A DNA stretch of 64,000 nucleotides from a virus. The position numbers and the translations under genes are program-made. Positions 46,529 through 55,786 of the stretch are shown here, piece after piece. Position 1 is the stretch's first letter. Each line of letters starts with the position of its first letter. The stretch covers positions 12,733-76,732 of the IMG/VR virus record IMGVR_UViG_3300010885_015027. One strand, written 5' to 3'. The notes beneath the pieces are model-generated. The model searched no databases. It worked only from the letters and a program-made list of their open reading frames with translations, and was not told where the DNA came from.

Positions 46529-46663
46529 ATGATGACTTTCAAAGATATGAAGATTATGGACAAGATGAAACCAGAACAATTGGATCGAGTGATCTGCGAT
46601 GATATCGAAGAAGAATATTCTCAAGATCAATACGATGATTATTATTGGAAACCACCTCGCTAA
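46529..46663 (+). CDS. small acidic protein (44 aa, leaderless, not in ORF track)
   Basis: TTGACA-N17-TATAAT-N6-ATG. Confidence 0.5.
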   Translation: MMTFKDMKIMDKMKPEQLDRVICDDIEEEYSQDQYDDYYWKPPR

Positions 46664-46737
46664 CTGATTTTTGGGTTCCAAATTGATTTTCTGAAAATGT
46701 ATTTGACATTTACCTTGCGATAAGGTATAATAGTATT

Positions 46738-47157
46738 ATGAGTGATCTGAAAATAAACAGGATTTTCGACATTTTACGAGAAGTGGCAATTGCCACTCCT
46801 AAAGTTGCTGGTGCCAGGGTATCGGCTGCTATTGTTATCAAAAACAAAATTATTTCTATTGGTGTAAATTCTCTAAAATCGTCTCCCTTACAGGCAAAAT
46901 ATGCAGCTAATAAAAATTTATCTATTTTCCTTCATGCTGAAATTGCAGCAATTAAAAATGCGCTACGCAAATTGGATGTAGAAGACTTTTCTAAATCTTC
47001 TCTTTATATCTGTCGTATGAAAAAAGATATATACGATAATCGAATGATTCATGGACTTGCGAAACCTTGTCCTGGTTGCCGTCGAGCAATCGCAGAATTT
47101 AATATTAAGAGATCTTTCTATTCTCTAGATAATTATGGATGGGAGGAAGTGGCGTGA
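46738..47157 (+). CDS. CMP/dCMP-type zinc deaminase
   Basis: HAEIAAI and KPCPGC. Confidence 0.82.
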   Translation: MSDLKINRIFDILREVAIATPKVAGARVSAAIVIKNKIISIGVNSLKSSPLQAKYAANKNLSIFLHAEIAAIKNALRKLDVEDFSKSSLYICRMKKDIYDNRMIHGLAKPCPGCRRAIAEFNIKRSFYSLDNYGWEEVA

Positions 47158-48071
47158 TCTATCCTGGATATTGTTGTATGAATCTGACTTTACAGAATTC
47201 TTTGTCCATCATGACTAATCGGACTATGCGACGAGCCACCCTCTTAGAGAAAGGTATCCGATACGCATCTGATCTTATTGTTGAGAATGTTTCAGATCTT
47301 GTGAGAATTGTTGATTGGAACGGTCAAAATAATATTAAGAATTTCCGAATGTCTTCTAATATGTTTCCTTGGGCTTCCGAGTACAAACTAGAAGATCTCC
47401 CTAAATGGGATAAGATCAAAAATACTCTTCTAGAAATCGGATCTCTTGCGAAAGAATATGATATGCGATTATCTTTCCATCCTGGTCCATTTGTGAAGCT
47501 AGCTTCTGCGAAAGAAACAGTTGTCCATAATTCCATCAAAGAATTAGAGATCCATGATTCCATTATGAATCATATGGGTCTCCAAGCAAGTGATTTTTAT
47601 CCTATCAATATACATGTAGGAATGTCCTATTCAGAAAAAGTCTCTGATAGATTTTGCGCAGCTTATCTTCGTTTATCTGATACTATGCAGAAGAGATTGG
47701 TTGTAGAAAATGATGACAAGCCAGCATCATATTCAATATCTGATCTATTTCTAGATATCCATTCGAAAATTAATATTCCTGTTACGTTTGATTTTTTTCA
47801 CCATTCCTTATATAATGGTCGTGACGATTGGAGATTAACTGAAGAAGAAGCTTTTTCTATGGCTGGTTCGACTTGGAAATCTATTCCTCTGTTTCATTAT
47901 TCTGAATCGAAAGCCCTACACGAAAGTATTAACTGTAATCGTACTGCACATTCGGATTATATAAATACACTGCCTACAGATTATGGTGAAGATATCTATC
48001 TAGATATAGAAGCAAAAGCAAAAGAATTAGCTCTAATAAAGGTTTTACAGGAGAATATGCAATGCAAGTAA
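47139..48071 (+). CDS. uvsE: UV damage endonuclease UvsE (start probably GTG 47154)
   Basis: GYCC.N, FRMSS, SFHPG.F..L, INIHVG, ENDD, FDFFHH, HYSES, AHSDY, IEAKAKE. Confidence 0.92.
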   Translation: MGGSGVIYPGYCCMNLTLQNSLSIMTNRTMRRATLLEKGIRYASDLIVENVSDLVRIVDWNGQNNIKNFRMSSNMFPWASEYKLEDLPKWDKIKNTLLEIGSLAKEYDMRLSFHPGPFVKLASAKETVVHNSIKELEIHDSIMNHMGLQASDFYPINIHVGMSYSEKVSDRFCAAYLRLSDTMQKRLVVENDDKPASYSISDLFLDIHSKINIPVTFDFFHHSLYNGRDDWRLTEEEAFSMAGSTWKSIPLFHYSESKALHESINCNRTAHSDYINTLPTDYGEDIYLDIEAKAKELALIKVLQENMQCK

Positions 48072-48292
48072 CTTATTCTGATAATTATTTCTCGATCTAC
48101 ACGAAAGAGTCTCTTTCGGTCAGGATCAAGACTAACGAAACGACTTTTGACGAGATTCTATCATTATTCTTACCCACATCTCAAACTGAAGGGAAGAAGA
48201 AATCGAACAAGATTAGATTCTATTAAGATCTTCCGTCTTTAATCCACTTATTGCTATAAATATTTCTGTTAGAGTTCGAGTCCACAAATTAA

Positions 48293-48883
48293 ATGAGGAT
48301 ACTAATGGAAAATAATAATTCACAATCAGACATTCCTAAGATTTATATTTCATTTGAAGGTGCGGGATATTATTTACTTTCGGGTGAGATAGAAAACGAA
48401 AATACTTCTGATGCAATTAAATATATTGTAGAAAGAAATTTCAATTTTCGTGTTCTTAAAGAATCTACTGAAATTCGAATGATGATTAATTCGATTGGCG
48501 GAGATCTGTGCTCCGGATTCGCTTTAATTGATGTGATGAAATCTTCTGAAATCGATATAGCAACTTTCGGTCTTGGAACAATTGCTTCTGCGGGACTCAC
48601 GATTTTTATGGCAGGTAAGAAAGGAAAGAGATTTGTTACTCAGAATACATCTATTCTCTCACACCAATTCTCCTGGGGATCGTATGGAAAAGAACATGAA
48701 TTGTATGCAAGAAATAAGGAGTTTGAATTAACTACTAGCAGAATGCTTAATCATTATAAGAAGTGCACAGGAATGAATGAAAAGAAGATCAGAGAAATTC
48801 TGCTTCCCCCGCATGATGTTTGGTTATCCGCAGAAGAAGCAGTAAAGTATGGAATTGCCGATAAGATCGTAGATTGGTACTAA
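48293..48883 (+). CDS. clpP: ClpP-family serine protease
   Basis: INSIGG, IASAG (Ser), SHQ (His), HDVWLSAEEAVKYGIAD (Asp); TATAAATA at 48255-48262. Confidence 0.9.
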   Translation: MRILMENNNSQSDIPKIYISFEGAGYYLLSGEIENENTSDAIKYIVERNFNFRVLKESTEIRMMINSIGGDLCSGFALIDVMKSSEIDIATFGLGTIASAGLTIFMAGKKGKRFVTQNTSILSHQFSWGSYGKEHELYARNKEFELTTSRMLNHYKKCTGMNEKKIREILLPPHDVWLSAEEAVKYGIADKIVDWY

Positions 48884-48888
48884 AAGAC

Positions 48889-48911
48889 TGAGAAGCTCCC
48901 GGAGCTTCTCA
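48889..48911. terminator. hairpin at convergent junction
   Basis: TGAGAAGCTCC-C-GGAGCTTCTCA. Confidence 0.6.
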
Positions 48912-49036
48912 TCATACTTATAGATTTAATCTAATCATAATTTAAAGTGTAGTAATCGTCTTTTGGAGCAAATTTTGATGCGCCCAATTTGACGGTTTGT
49001 TTTTTAAAATCTTACCAATGAGGTAAGACACCATCT

Positions 49037-49513
49037 TCATATATTTTTAATACTATTCTGTTTTTTTCCGAAAGCGCCTCTGAAGCTGCTTGTTTTTAAC
49101 CAGTTAAGAAAATCGTTCACCATCTGAAGATCTTGTTTGAATGGTGTACCATCTTTATATTTATCAATAATCTTGGATCGATCCATCGCTCCACCTAGTC
49201 CACCGGCACCGACTGGCACGCCGTGAATGAAGTCAAAATAATCGTCATTAGACAGCTTGTTTTCAATACGCTCCGCCGCAGCGCTAACCTTTTTATAATC
49301 AGAATATGATTTGTTCCGAGGAATACTCGATGGATGAGGTACATACCCTCCTGTCCTTTCGATCATGTCTTCAATACTTGAGTTACCATCGTCATCGTCA
49401 TCTTCTTCTTTCATAACTTCTTCAACAATCGATCTGATATAAGCTTTGAGATCTGTATCGGTCGATTCTGTGATTACCTTGAGATAATCTTTTCTGAAAT
49501 TTTCTAGGTTCAT
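49037..49513 (-). CDS. putative internal head protein, MNLENFRKDYLKVITE family
   Basis: shared leader and C-terminal helical domain. Confidence 0.7.
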   Translation of the reverse strand: MNLENFRKDYLKVITESTDTDLKAYIRSIVEEVMKEEDDDDDGNSSIEDMIERTGGYVPHPSSIPRNKSYSDYKKVSAAAERIENKLSNDDYFDFIHGVPVGAGGLGGAMDRSKIIDKYKDGTPFKQDLQMVNDFLNWLKTSSFRGAFGKKQNSIKNI

Positions 49514-49522
49514 ATAGGATGC

Positions 49523-50389
49523 CTAAGTGTTGACTGCCCAATTCAAGAATTTGCTTGCGTCATCAAGATTAGTAATTGATTTATAGTCGAAAAGTATTTG
49601 TTCCTGATCATCTTCATCGCCGTCAATGAAGTCATTATATTTTTCCTTAGATATCTTGTTACTAAGAGTCTTTAATGCAACTTCAATCTCGTCAAGATTG
49701 AAGTCCATCATTTCCTCCGACGATCCTCCAATCATGTCAAGAATGTTGACATCATTTGAGTCATAGCCTGTCACCTTTTCGAGAGCGGCTATAGTGAACG
49801 GGATCGGCCCTGGATAAGTATCTGCAAAAAGATCGCCATCATGTGCTTCAGTGAGTCTCGATCTCAACTTAGATAAGACGGTCTCATCTTTAGGATTTTT
49901 TTCTAGAGCATTTTCCATTCTATCTAGATCGGATTCTTTCGCGGACATCTTTAGTGATAACTTGTTTTTTCCTGATAGTGTATTTACTGCTTTAAGAATA
50001 AAAGGATAATTTCCAGCACTAATAGTATGTTTCTCAGAAACATTATAATTTTTAGACTGTACTCCTTCTCCAAGTGTGTCTTTAGTGAGTTTTTTCAAGT
50101 TATCTAAGACTTTCTGTAGAGCATTTTCCATTCTATCTAGATCGGATTCTTTCGCGGACATATTTATTGATAACTTCTTTTTTCCTGATTGTGTATTTAC
50201 TGCGTTAAGAATAAGAGGATAATTTCCAGCATGAATATTATGTTTCTTAGAAACATTATAATCTTTAGACTTTACTCCTTCTGTAAGTGTGTCTTCTACG
50301 ACTGATCTGACATATTTTCTAAGATTCGCATCAACTGTCGATTCTGTGATTACCTTGAGATAATCTTTTCTGAAATTTTCTAGGTTCAT
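49523..50389 (-). CDS. putative internal head polyprotein, MNLENF family, with internal ~70-aa duplication
   Basis: two EGV.SK.YNVS...DRMENAL units. Confidence 0.72.
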   Translation of the reverse strand: MNLENFRKDYLKVITESTVDANLRKYVRSVVEDTLTEGVKSKDYNVSKKHNIHAGNYPLILNAVNTQSGKKKLSINMSAKESDLDRMENALQKVLDNLKKLTKDTLGEGVQSKNYNVSEKHTISAGNYPFILKAVNTLSGKNKLSLKMSAKESDLDRMENALEKNPKDETVLSKLRSRLTEAHDGDLFADTYPGPIPFTIAALEKVTGYDSNDVNILDMIGGSSEEMMDFNLDEIEVALKTLSNKISKEKYNDFIDGDEDDQEQILFDYKSITNLDDASKFLNWAVNT

Positions 50390-50518
50390 ATATACTCCTG
50401 TTATTTTTTATTTTTTTTAAACTTCACTATCAAAAACTATTTTATAAGTTTTTTGTTGGAAACCAGCTTTTTCTGCATCAACTGGTATTACTAGGATGCT
50501 TGTGTGATGTGAAATTGT

Positions 50519-50923
50519 CTAGTTATCCATTAAATAATTTAAGAAATCGTTTGCTAGGTTAAGATTGTCAATATTATTATATTTTGAAAGTAATTTTTTC
50601 TGGGCCTGATATTGCATGCCGCCAATGAATTCCTTATATTCATCCTTCATCTCTTTTTTAGCAGCTTTCAATGCGGCTTCAATCTTGACGAGATCATATT
50701 CCGTAGGAATCATAGAGACGTTAATAAATGCACCTGGCATCATAACATCGACAGCGGCAGCAGTTTCTTTACCTATCTTTGCGTATCCTGGTTTATCGGC
50801 CGCATGCATACGACCTTCTCTCATTACTTCTTCAACAATCGATCTGATATAAGCTTTGAGATCTGTATCGGTCGATTCTGTGATTACCTTGAGATAATCT
50901 TTTCTGAAATTTTCTAGGTTCAT
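50519..50923 (-). CDS. putative internal head protein, MNLENF family
   Basis: first ~98 nt identical to the 49513 copy. Confidence 0.7.
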   Translation of the reverse strand: MNLENFRKDYLKVITESTDTDLKAYIRSIVEEVMREGRMHAADKPGYAKIGKETAAAVDVMMPGAFINVSMIPTEYDLVKIEAALKAAKKEMKDEYKEFIGGMQYQAQKKLLSKYNNIDNLNLANDFLNYLMDN

Positions 50924-50947
50924 AAATTTTTATATTTTCTCCTATTC

Positions 50948-51586
50948 TTATTTAGGTATTTTCAGAATTCTACCAGGAAAGAATCCTGGTGGACTGTCAT
51001 TTGGAAGGCACCTGATAGTCACTAGAGTTATGGGATTATGGAACCAGCGGGTGCCGATAGCAGATTTAACGAATGAGTTTTTTTGTTTTTGGGAACGATT
51101 AATATTATATTCTGCTATTTTTCGTTTAGTTTCTTCAGAATGCGATTTCCCTCTAAAATTTCCAGGACCAGGTTTACCTTTCTTTGATTCAGAAATTTTC
51201 TTTCTCGCGTCTTCTGAGTGCGTTTTACCGTAGAAATGATTGTTGTCACCAGATTTCTTTTCAGACATAATCTTCTTAGTGTTTTCCGAATGAATCATAC
51301 CACTAACACCTTCACCACCATTTGTCAGATTAGTTAGTATTCCAGTTCTTAGATCTTTTCTTCCATACTTAAATATTTCTTGGATTTCTAGATCTTTTGC
51401 CTGCTCTTCAGATAGATTCTCATGTAGAAAGATAATATTAGATCTATCTTTCGGTACTGGGATTCTATGTTTATTGTATACTCTTTGGCCTTTACCATAA
51501 CCAATATAATATGGAGTTCCTGCGGAGGCAGTTTGGGAATCGTTTGAACGCAAATATGCGTAGACGTAATAAATAGTTTTAGACAT
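50948..51586 (-). CDS. GIY-YIG-like homing endonuclease with NUMOD3 repeats
   Basis: YYVYAY...PYYIG, NLTNGGEG, three HSE.T/ARKK repeats; free-standing next to gene 23. Confidence 0.82.
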   Translation of the reverse strand: MSKTIYYVYAYLRSNDSQTASAGTPYYIGYGKGQRVYNKHRIPVPKDRSNIIFLHENLSEEQAKDLEIQEIFKYGRKDLRTGILTNLTNGGEGVSGMIHSENTKKIMSEKKSGDNNHFYGKTHSEDARKKISESKKGKPGPGNFRGKSHSEETKRKIAEYNINRSQKQKNSFVKSAIGTRWFHNPITLVTIRCLPNDSPPGFFPGRILKIPK

Positions 51587-51683
51587 ATAATCTATTCCTC
51601 GTAGTTTGTGTGTTTAGAGGGTATTGGATGTTAGTTGCATCTAGTATCCTCATTCTTATTTAGTGAAATAACAATTTCTAGAC

Positions 51684-51710
51684 AAAAAAAGGGAACCCGA
51701 AGGTTCCCTT
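51684..51710 (-). terminator. terminator after gene 23
   Basis: AAGGGAACC-TTCG-GGTTCCCTT-TTTTT. Confidence 0.85.
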
Positions 51711-51731
51711 AGTTTATTGCTATCCTCTAAT

Positions 51732-52991
51732 TTAGAGAATATTTTTAATTTTGACGAGTCTATAATAATCGTTGGAAGCTGCAGCCAACGTGCTACCGTC
51801 ACCAGATAGAGGATTCGCGACCATGCCATATCGTGTTTTAAATCCGATTTTTGGCTGGAATGTATCAGGATCGACCGCACGAACCATTTGTAGAGGTACA
51901 TATGGGCAATAGAATAAACCAGCGTCATAAGCATTGGAACCCTTGTATCCAACTACCATAACGTCAGAGAATGACCCACCAGAAGCAACCGAGAAGTACG
52001 GATCGACATAGACCTTGTACTTATTGTTTAGAATACCAGCAAAGGTGTTGCCAGTGTCATCAACAGTTAGATCGGTAGAAAGAGCTGGCGAATAATCTAG
52101 CTTACCAGCCATGGCTAGAGCAGAAGCAACGTCTGAAGAGCAGATAATGATATTACCCTTTCCTCTACGTGTCGCACGAGCGATTTGGTTCGCTTCTCTT
52201 TCAGCATGGAACATTAGACCCTTGAATCTCTCAACTGACCAACGTCCGTCAGAGTCGGTATCAAGGTCGAAGAACCCAGCTGTGGTTGTACCAGAAGCAG
52301 CACCAGCCTTAGCAATCTTATATAGGGTTCTGATAACTTCACGATTAATTTCAGCCATAATTTCGGTTGAAAGAATGTTCGCGAGTTCAGATTCCGCATC
52401 TAGATTGTGCATAGCCTTTAAATCTTGAGCTAGTTCTAGTGAATACTCAGCCTTCAATGCACGAGTTTGAGCTGTTACGGTAACCTTCTCGATAGAGAAG
52501 CCCATGTTTAGTGGGGAGAAACCTTCGCCAGAAACAGTGCTTAGACCAGTACCGAATGTATTTAGAACATTTCCAGAAGTGAAGGTATCAGCAACGTGAG
52601 TACCAGTTCCGGCGAAGTCGGTGTCGGCTTCGTTGAATAGAGCTTCGGTTGAAGTTAGAGGACCAGTTGCGCCGGAACCATACTTTGACTTCATGGCGAA
52701 GATAAGACCTGTTGGCATGTTCATTGGTTGAACGCCACAGATATCATAAGCCATTAGGTTTGGCATGGATCTGCGAACTAGAGAAATTAGAATTGGATCG
52801 AATTTGTCAACTCCGCCAGAAACGTTGGCTGGTACGCCAGCTTCGGTAATTAGCTTTCGTGTTTCTGATAGAGCCTTTTCTTGGTTTTCTAATAGAATAG
52901 CAGTAACTTGCTTCTTGTAAGCGTCTTTGATTGGGGCGACTTCTGGGTGTTCTAGAATTGCCTTCCATTTGGTTTGTAGATTGTTTGACAT
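51732..52991 (-). CDS. 23: major capsid protein gp23
   Basis: LLENQ, FDPILISLVRR, GVQPM..PTG, RALKAEY, FYCPYVPL, QPKIGFKTRY; probable cleavage LITE/A. Confidence 0.98.
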   Translation of the reverse strand: MSNNLQTKWKAILEHPEVAPIKDAYKKQVTAILLENQEKALSETRKLITEAGVPANVSGGVDKFDPILISLVRRSMPNLMAYDICGVQPMNMPTGLIFAMKSKYGSGATGPLTSTEALFNEADTDFAGTGTHVADTFTSGNVLNTFGTGLSTVSGEGFSPLNMGFSIEKVTVTAQTRALKAEYSLELAQDLKAMHNLDAESELANILSTEIMAEINREVIRTLYKIAKAGAASGTTTAGFFDLDTDSDGRWSVERFKGLMFHAEREANQIARATRRGKGNIIICSSDVASALAMAGKLDYSPALSTDLTVDDTGNTFAGILNNKYKVYVDPYFSVASGGSFSDVMVVGYKGSNAYDAGLFYCPYVPLQMVRAVDPDTFQPKIGFKTRYGMVANPLSGDGSTLAAASNDYYRLVKIKNIL

Positions 52992-53035
52992 ATTTCTCCT
53001 TTAAGAAATGAATTTATATTAGTATTTATTAAAAA

Positions 53036-54307
53036 TTAAAACTTGAGATTATTCGAAATTGCTTGCGAATAAAGATTAATAATAGGATCGTCGGCGATAA
53101 TTTGTGTATCATCAGAGACACTAATCATAGAATCTTCAGTTAATTTCTTCTTTGTTCTTGCAGACTCGAAGGCATTTCTTACGATATCTTTTAATTTTTC
53201 TTCGTAGGACTTCTTTGATTCATAAGTCACAGATTCTGTTAACTTTGCGAATCTTTCTTTTTGTGTTAGAGTAAGTTCTTTCGAAACCGTTTCAAAGATA
53301 GCTTTCTTTGTTGATTCTTCAGCTCTATTCTTGTAAACGATTGATTTATTAATCTCTGTATTTAACTTCTCTTCGAATTTTTGTTTTTGTTCGGTTAACT
53401 CAACAACGAAAGCTGTTTTTTCTTCAGAAATTGTAGATTGCAAATCGACAATTTTTCTTTCAAGAACGTCAACAACATCAGTTTCCGCAGGAATAGCTAT
53501 ATTATGTTCGACAAACATAGTCTTTAAACCAGACCAGAAAGATTCCATAATTTCAATCTTCAGGCCTTGTTCAACAGCCAATGTATTATCTTCTAACCAC
53601 GATTCGGCAACATAAGTTAGATACTTATCTACTGATGCAATAACATTCTCGTAGACTTCGAGTTCAGCATTTTCAGCATTAACTTGTTTCATGTTATCAG
53701 CTGGCGCAGCCGCCGCTGGCTCTTCTGAGCTTTTCTCAGTTTCAATATCTTTCAAAGCTTTCGCTAATTTTGCTGCAACAATAGAATCATCAGCAATAGC
53801 AGATAAGATTGAAATCATTACATTGAATGAATCATCGGCAATGGTGTTTGTTTCAACATCTTTGATGGAACTTAGAAGAGAAACTGCGAATTGCTGAGGA
53901 GTTATCTTAAGAGCTGTTAGGATCTTTCTGATATCAGGATCCTTCGCAAGTTCTTGTGGATCTAGCTCTACTTCGTCTACTTCGGTAACCATTTCATCTT
54001 CATCTTCCATTTCCATTTCGTGTTCGGCTTCTTTTATTCCTGATGTTTTCATGATTCCCTTCGCAATGTCATGCGCTTTTCTAATAGTTTTCTTTGAGAG
54101 AGGTGGTGCGTCACCAGTTTGCTTCATTGCAGCACTCATACCAATCGCATAAGCTTCTGGTGGAGTATCAACAGGACCTAATTTTGTTGCTTCTTGTACT
54201 TTTTGAGCCACTACTGAGTCGAATGCTGTCTTCAACTTAGCAGTAAAATCTTCCGGAAGATCGATGCCTTCGAAGATTGAATCAAATGGATCTTGTTTGT
54301 TTTCCAT
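53036..54307 (-). CDS. 22: prohead scaffold protein gp22 (enlarged)
   Basis: VDKYLTYVAESWLEDN.LAVE.GLK, F.EHNI; position between 21 and 23. Confidence 0.88.
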   Translation of the reverse strand: MENKQDPFDSIFEGIDLPEDFTAKLKTAFDSVVAQKVQEATKLGPVDTPPEAYAIGMSAAMKQTGDAPPLSKKTIRKAHDIAKGIMKTSGIKEAEHEMEMEDEDEMVTEVDEVELDPQELAKDPDIRKILTALKITPQQFAVSLLSSIKDVETNTIADDSFNVMISILSAIADDSIVAAKLAKALKDIETEKSSEEPAAAAPADNMKQVNAENAELEVYENVIASVDKYLTYVAESWLEDNTLAVEQGLKIEIMESFWSGLKTMFVEHNIAIPAETDVVDVLERKIVDLQSTISEEKTAFVVELTEQKQKFEEKLNTEINKSIVYKNRAEESTKKAIFETVSKELTLTQKERFAKLTESVTYESKKSYEEKLKDIVRNAFESARTKKKLTEDSMISVSDDTQIIADDPIINLYSQAISNNLKF

Positions 54308-54344
54308 TAATTATTCTCCTATATTCTTAATTTATTTATTAAAT

Positions 54345-54986
54345 TTACAATCTCGAAAGAAAGTCTGTAAAAATGGCAATCTTATCTTCTTGTAATCTTT
54401 TTGATGTGGTTAGCTTCTTCTTATATGAATCAATAGTTACTTCTTTTACTGCACCATTATTCCAGACCCATTCTTTTGATTCCATAACAGCTTCAACGAA
54501 AGCTTCATGAGCAGAAGGATCCGCAACGATATCTGCCGCAGTCATAATTTTGTAATCTGGTTGAACGACTGAATATTGACCATCTTGTTTTAAAGAACCT
54601 AATCCTCTTGTTGATACACCTAACATACATCCACCGTCGATAAATGCTTTAACAATCTTCCCATTAGGAGTATCTAAAATCTTGGCTCTACCTACATATG
54701 TTGTACCTTTTTGGTCTAATGATGTAATCAGATGCGAAACTCTATCTAAATTAATTGTAGGATTTTCTGGATGACCTAATTCGCCAAAAGCTCTGTTCTT
54801 ATTAACATATTCGGTAACATATCTGTCTACTTCTGGTTGCATATATTCCATCATATATTTTCTCGAATTTCTATTTGGTTCTTCACACTGAATAAAAATT
54901 CCTTCGATGAAATAATTGTTTGGTCTACCTTCGACACATTCTGAAACAATTTCGATAAGTTCAGTTACTTCTGTTAATAGTTTCAT
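54345..54986 (-). CDS. 21: prohead protease gp21
   Basis: NRN.R.Y, GELGHP, RVSH, GVSTRGLGS, DIVADPS. Confidence 0.95.
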   Translation of the reverse strand: MKLLTEVTELIEIVSECVEGRPNNYFIEGIFIQCEEPNRNSRKYMMEYMQPEVDRYVTEYVNKNRAFGELGHPENPTINLDRVSHLITSLDQKGTTYVGRAKILDTPNGKIVKAFIDGGCMLGVSTRGLGSLKQDGQYSVVQPDYKIMTAADIVADPSAHEAFVEAVMESKEWVWNNGAVKEVTIDSYKKKLTTSKRLQEDKIAIFTDFLSRL

Positions 54987-55252
54987 TTGTATAATCCTGC
55001 TCTTGTACCTTTTTTAATTGAAATCTTTCTTTTCTTTAAGATTGATGATAGTTTTGCTGCTCTTTTTCTTGAAGCTTTTTTGGCTGATCTAGCTCTATTT
55101 CTTTTCTCTGATGGTGTTATTCTTACTAGTTTCTTACCGGAAATCTTATACCCAGCTTTAGCAGATCGGAACTTTTTACGTTGAATCTTACCGCCACGAA
55201 CTCTATCGTAGCGGATTTTTTGTCCAATCTTTAAAGTTTTCTCTAAGAGCAT
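54983..55252 (-). CDS. basic prohead core protein (gp68-like)
   Basis: RVRGGKIQRKK; very basic; position before 21. Confidence 0.6.
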   Translation of the reverse strand: MLLEKTLKIGQKIRYDRVRGGKIQRKKFRSAKAGYKISGKKLVRITPSEKRNRARSAKKASRKRAAKLSSILKKRKISIKKGTRAGLYK

Positions 55253-55671
55253 TAAGAATATTGTCCAACCTTGACGAATCCGGATGTTTTTTCTAATCTC
55301 ATAACAAGAGTGTACGGATCAGTTGTTGTAGAAGTTAATAGGATAGTCGAATCTGCCCCAGCAGCAACATTAGTAATCTTAGATTGATAATCTTTACTAT
55401 AATTGATTCCACCATTTCCACTATAGTGACCAATTAATTGATCTGTAGATCCATTAAAATGTAATGAGATCTTATTAGTTCCTGTAATAGACCAGTCAAG
55501 TTTGTCTACAGATACAATAGCAACTCCGGTTGATCCAGCAAAACCGGTGGCTCCGATCGGACCTGTTGCGCCGCCTGGGTGTAAAACAAACGCAAGAGTC
55601 TCTATCCCCGCCCCGGAAATAGTAACAACTGCCGAATTTTCGTCTTGTCTTAAAATAGTAGTAGTTGCCAT
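55252..55671 (-). CDS. virion protein with GATG repeats
   Basis: head operon; GGATGPIGATGFAGSTG. Confidence 0.6.
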   Translation of the reverse strand: MATTTILRQDENSAVVTISGAGIETLAFVLHPGGATGPIGATGFAGSTGVAIVSVDKLDWSITGTNKISLHFNGSTDQLIGHYSGNGGINYSKDYQSKITNVAAGADSTILLTSTTTDPYTLVMRLEKTSGFVKVGQYS

Positions 55672-55786
55672 TTATTATACCTTAATAGAATTTGGTTTAT
55701 TATCTTTCGATAGAGAAATAATCTTCTCAATAATTTTGTTTGTGTATTTAGTAGGTGTGATCACACCTCCTAATCTATCTTTTCAA

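Noticed and set aside
49514-50521. TAG recoding or readthrough (TAG at 49523 is in frame with the next gene; TAG at 50519 is followed by 33 open codons; gene 33 TAG is in frame with gene 59)
   Set aside because: Core genes have no internal TAG, the tmRNA tag ends in TAG, no suppressor tRNA is seen, and in-frame spacing has a 1-in-3 chance.
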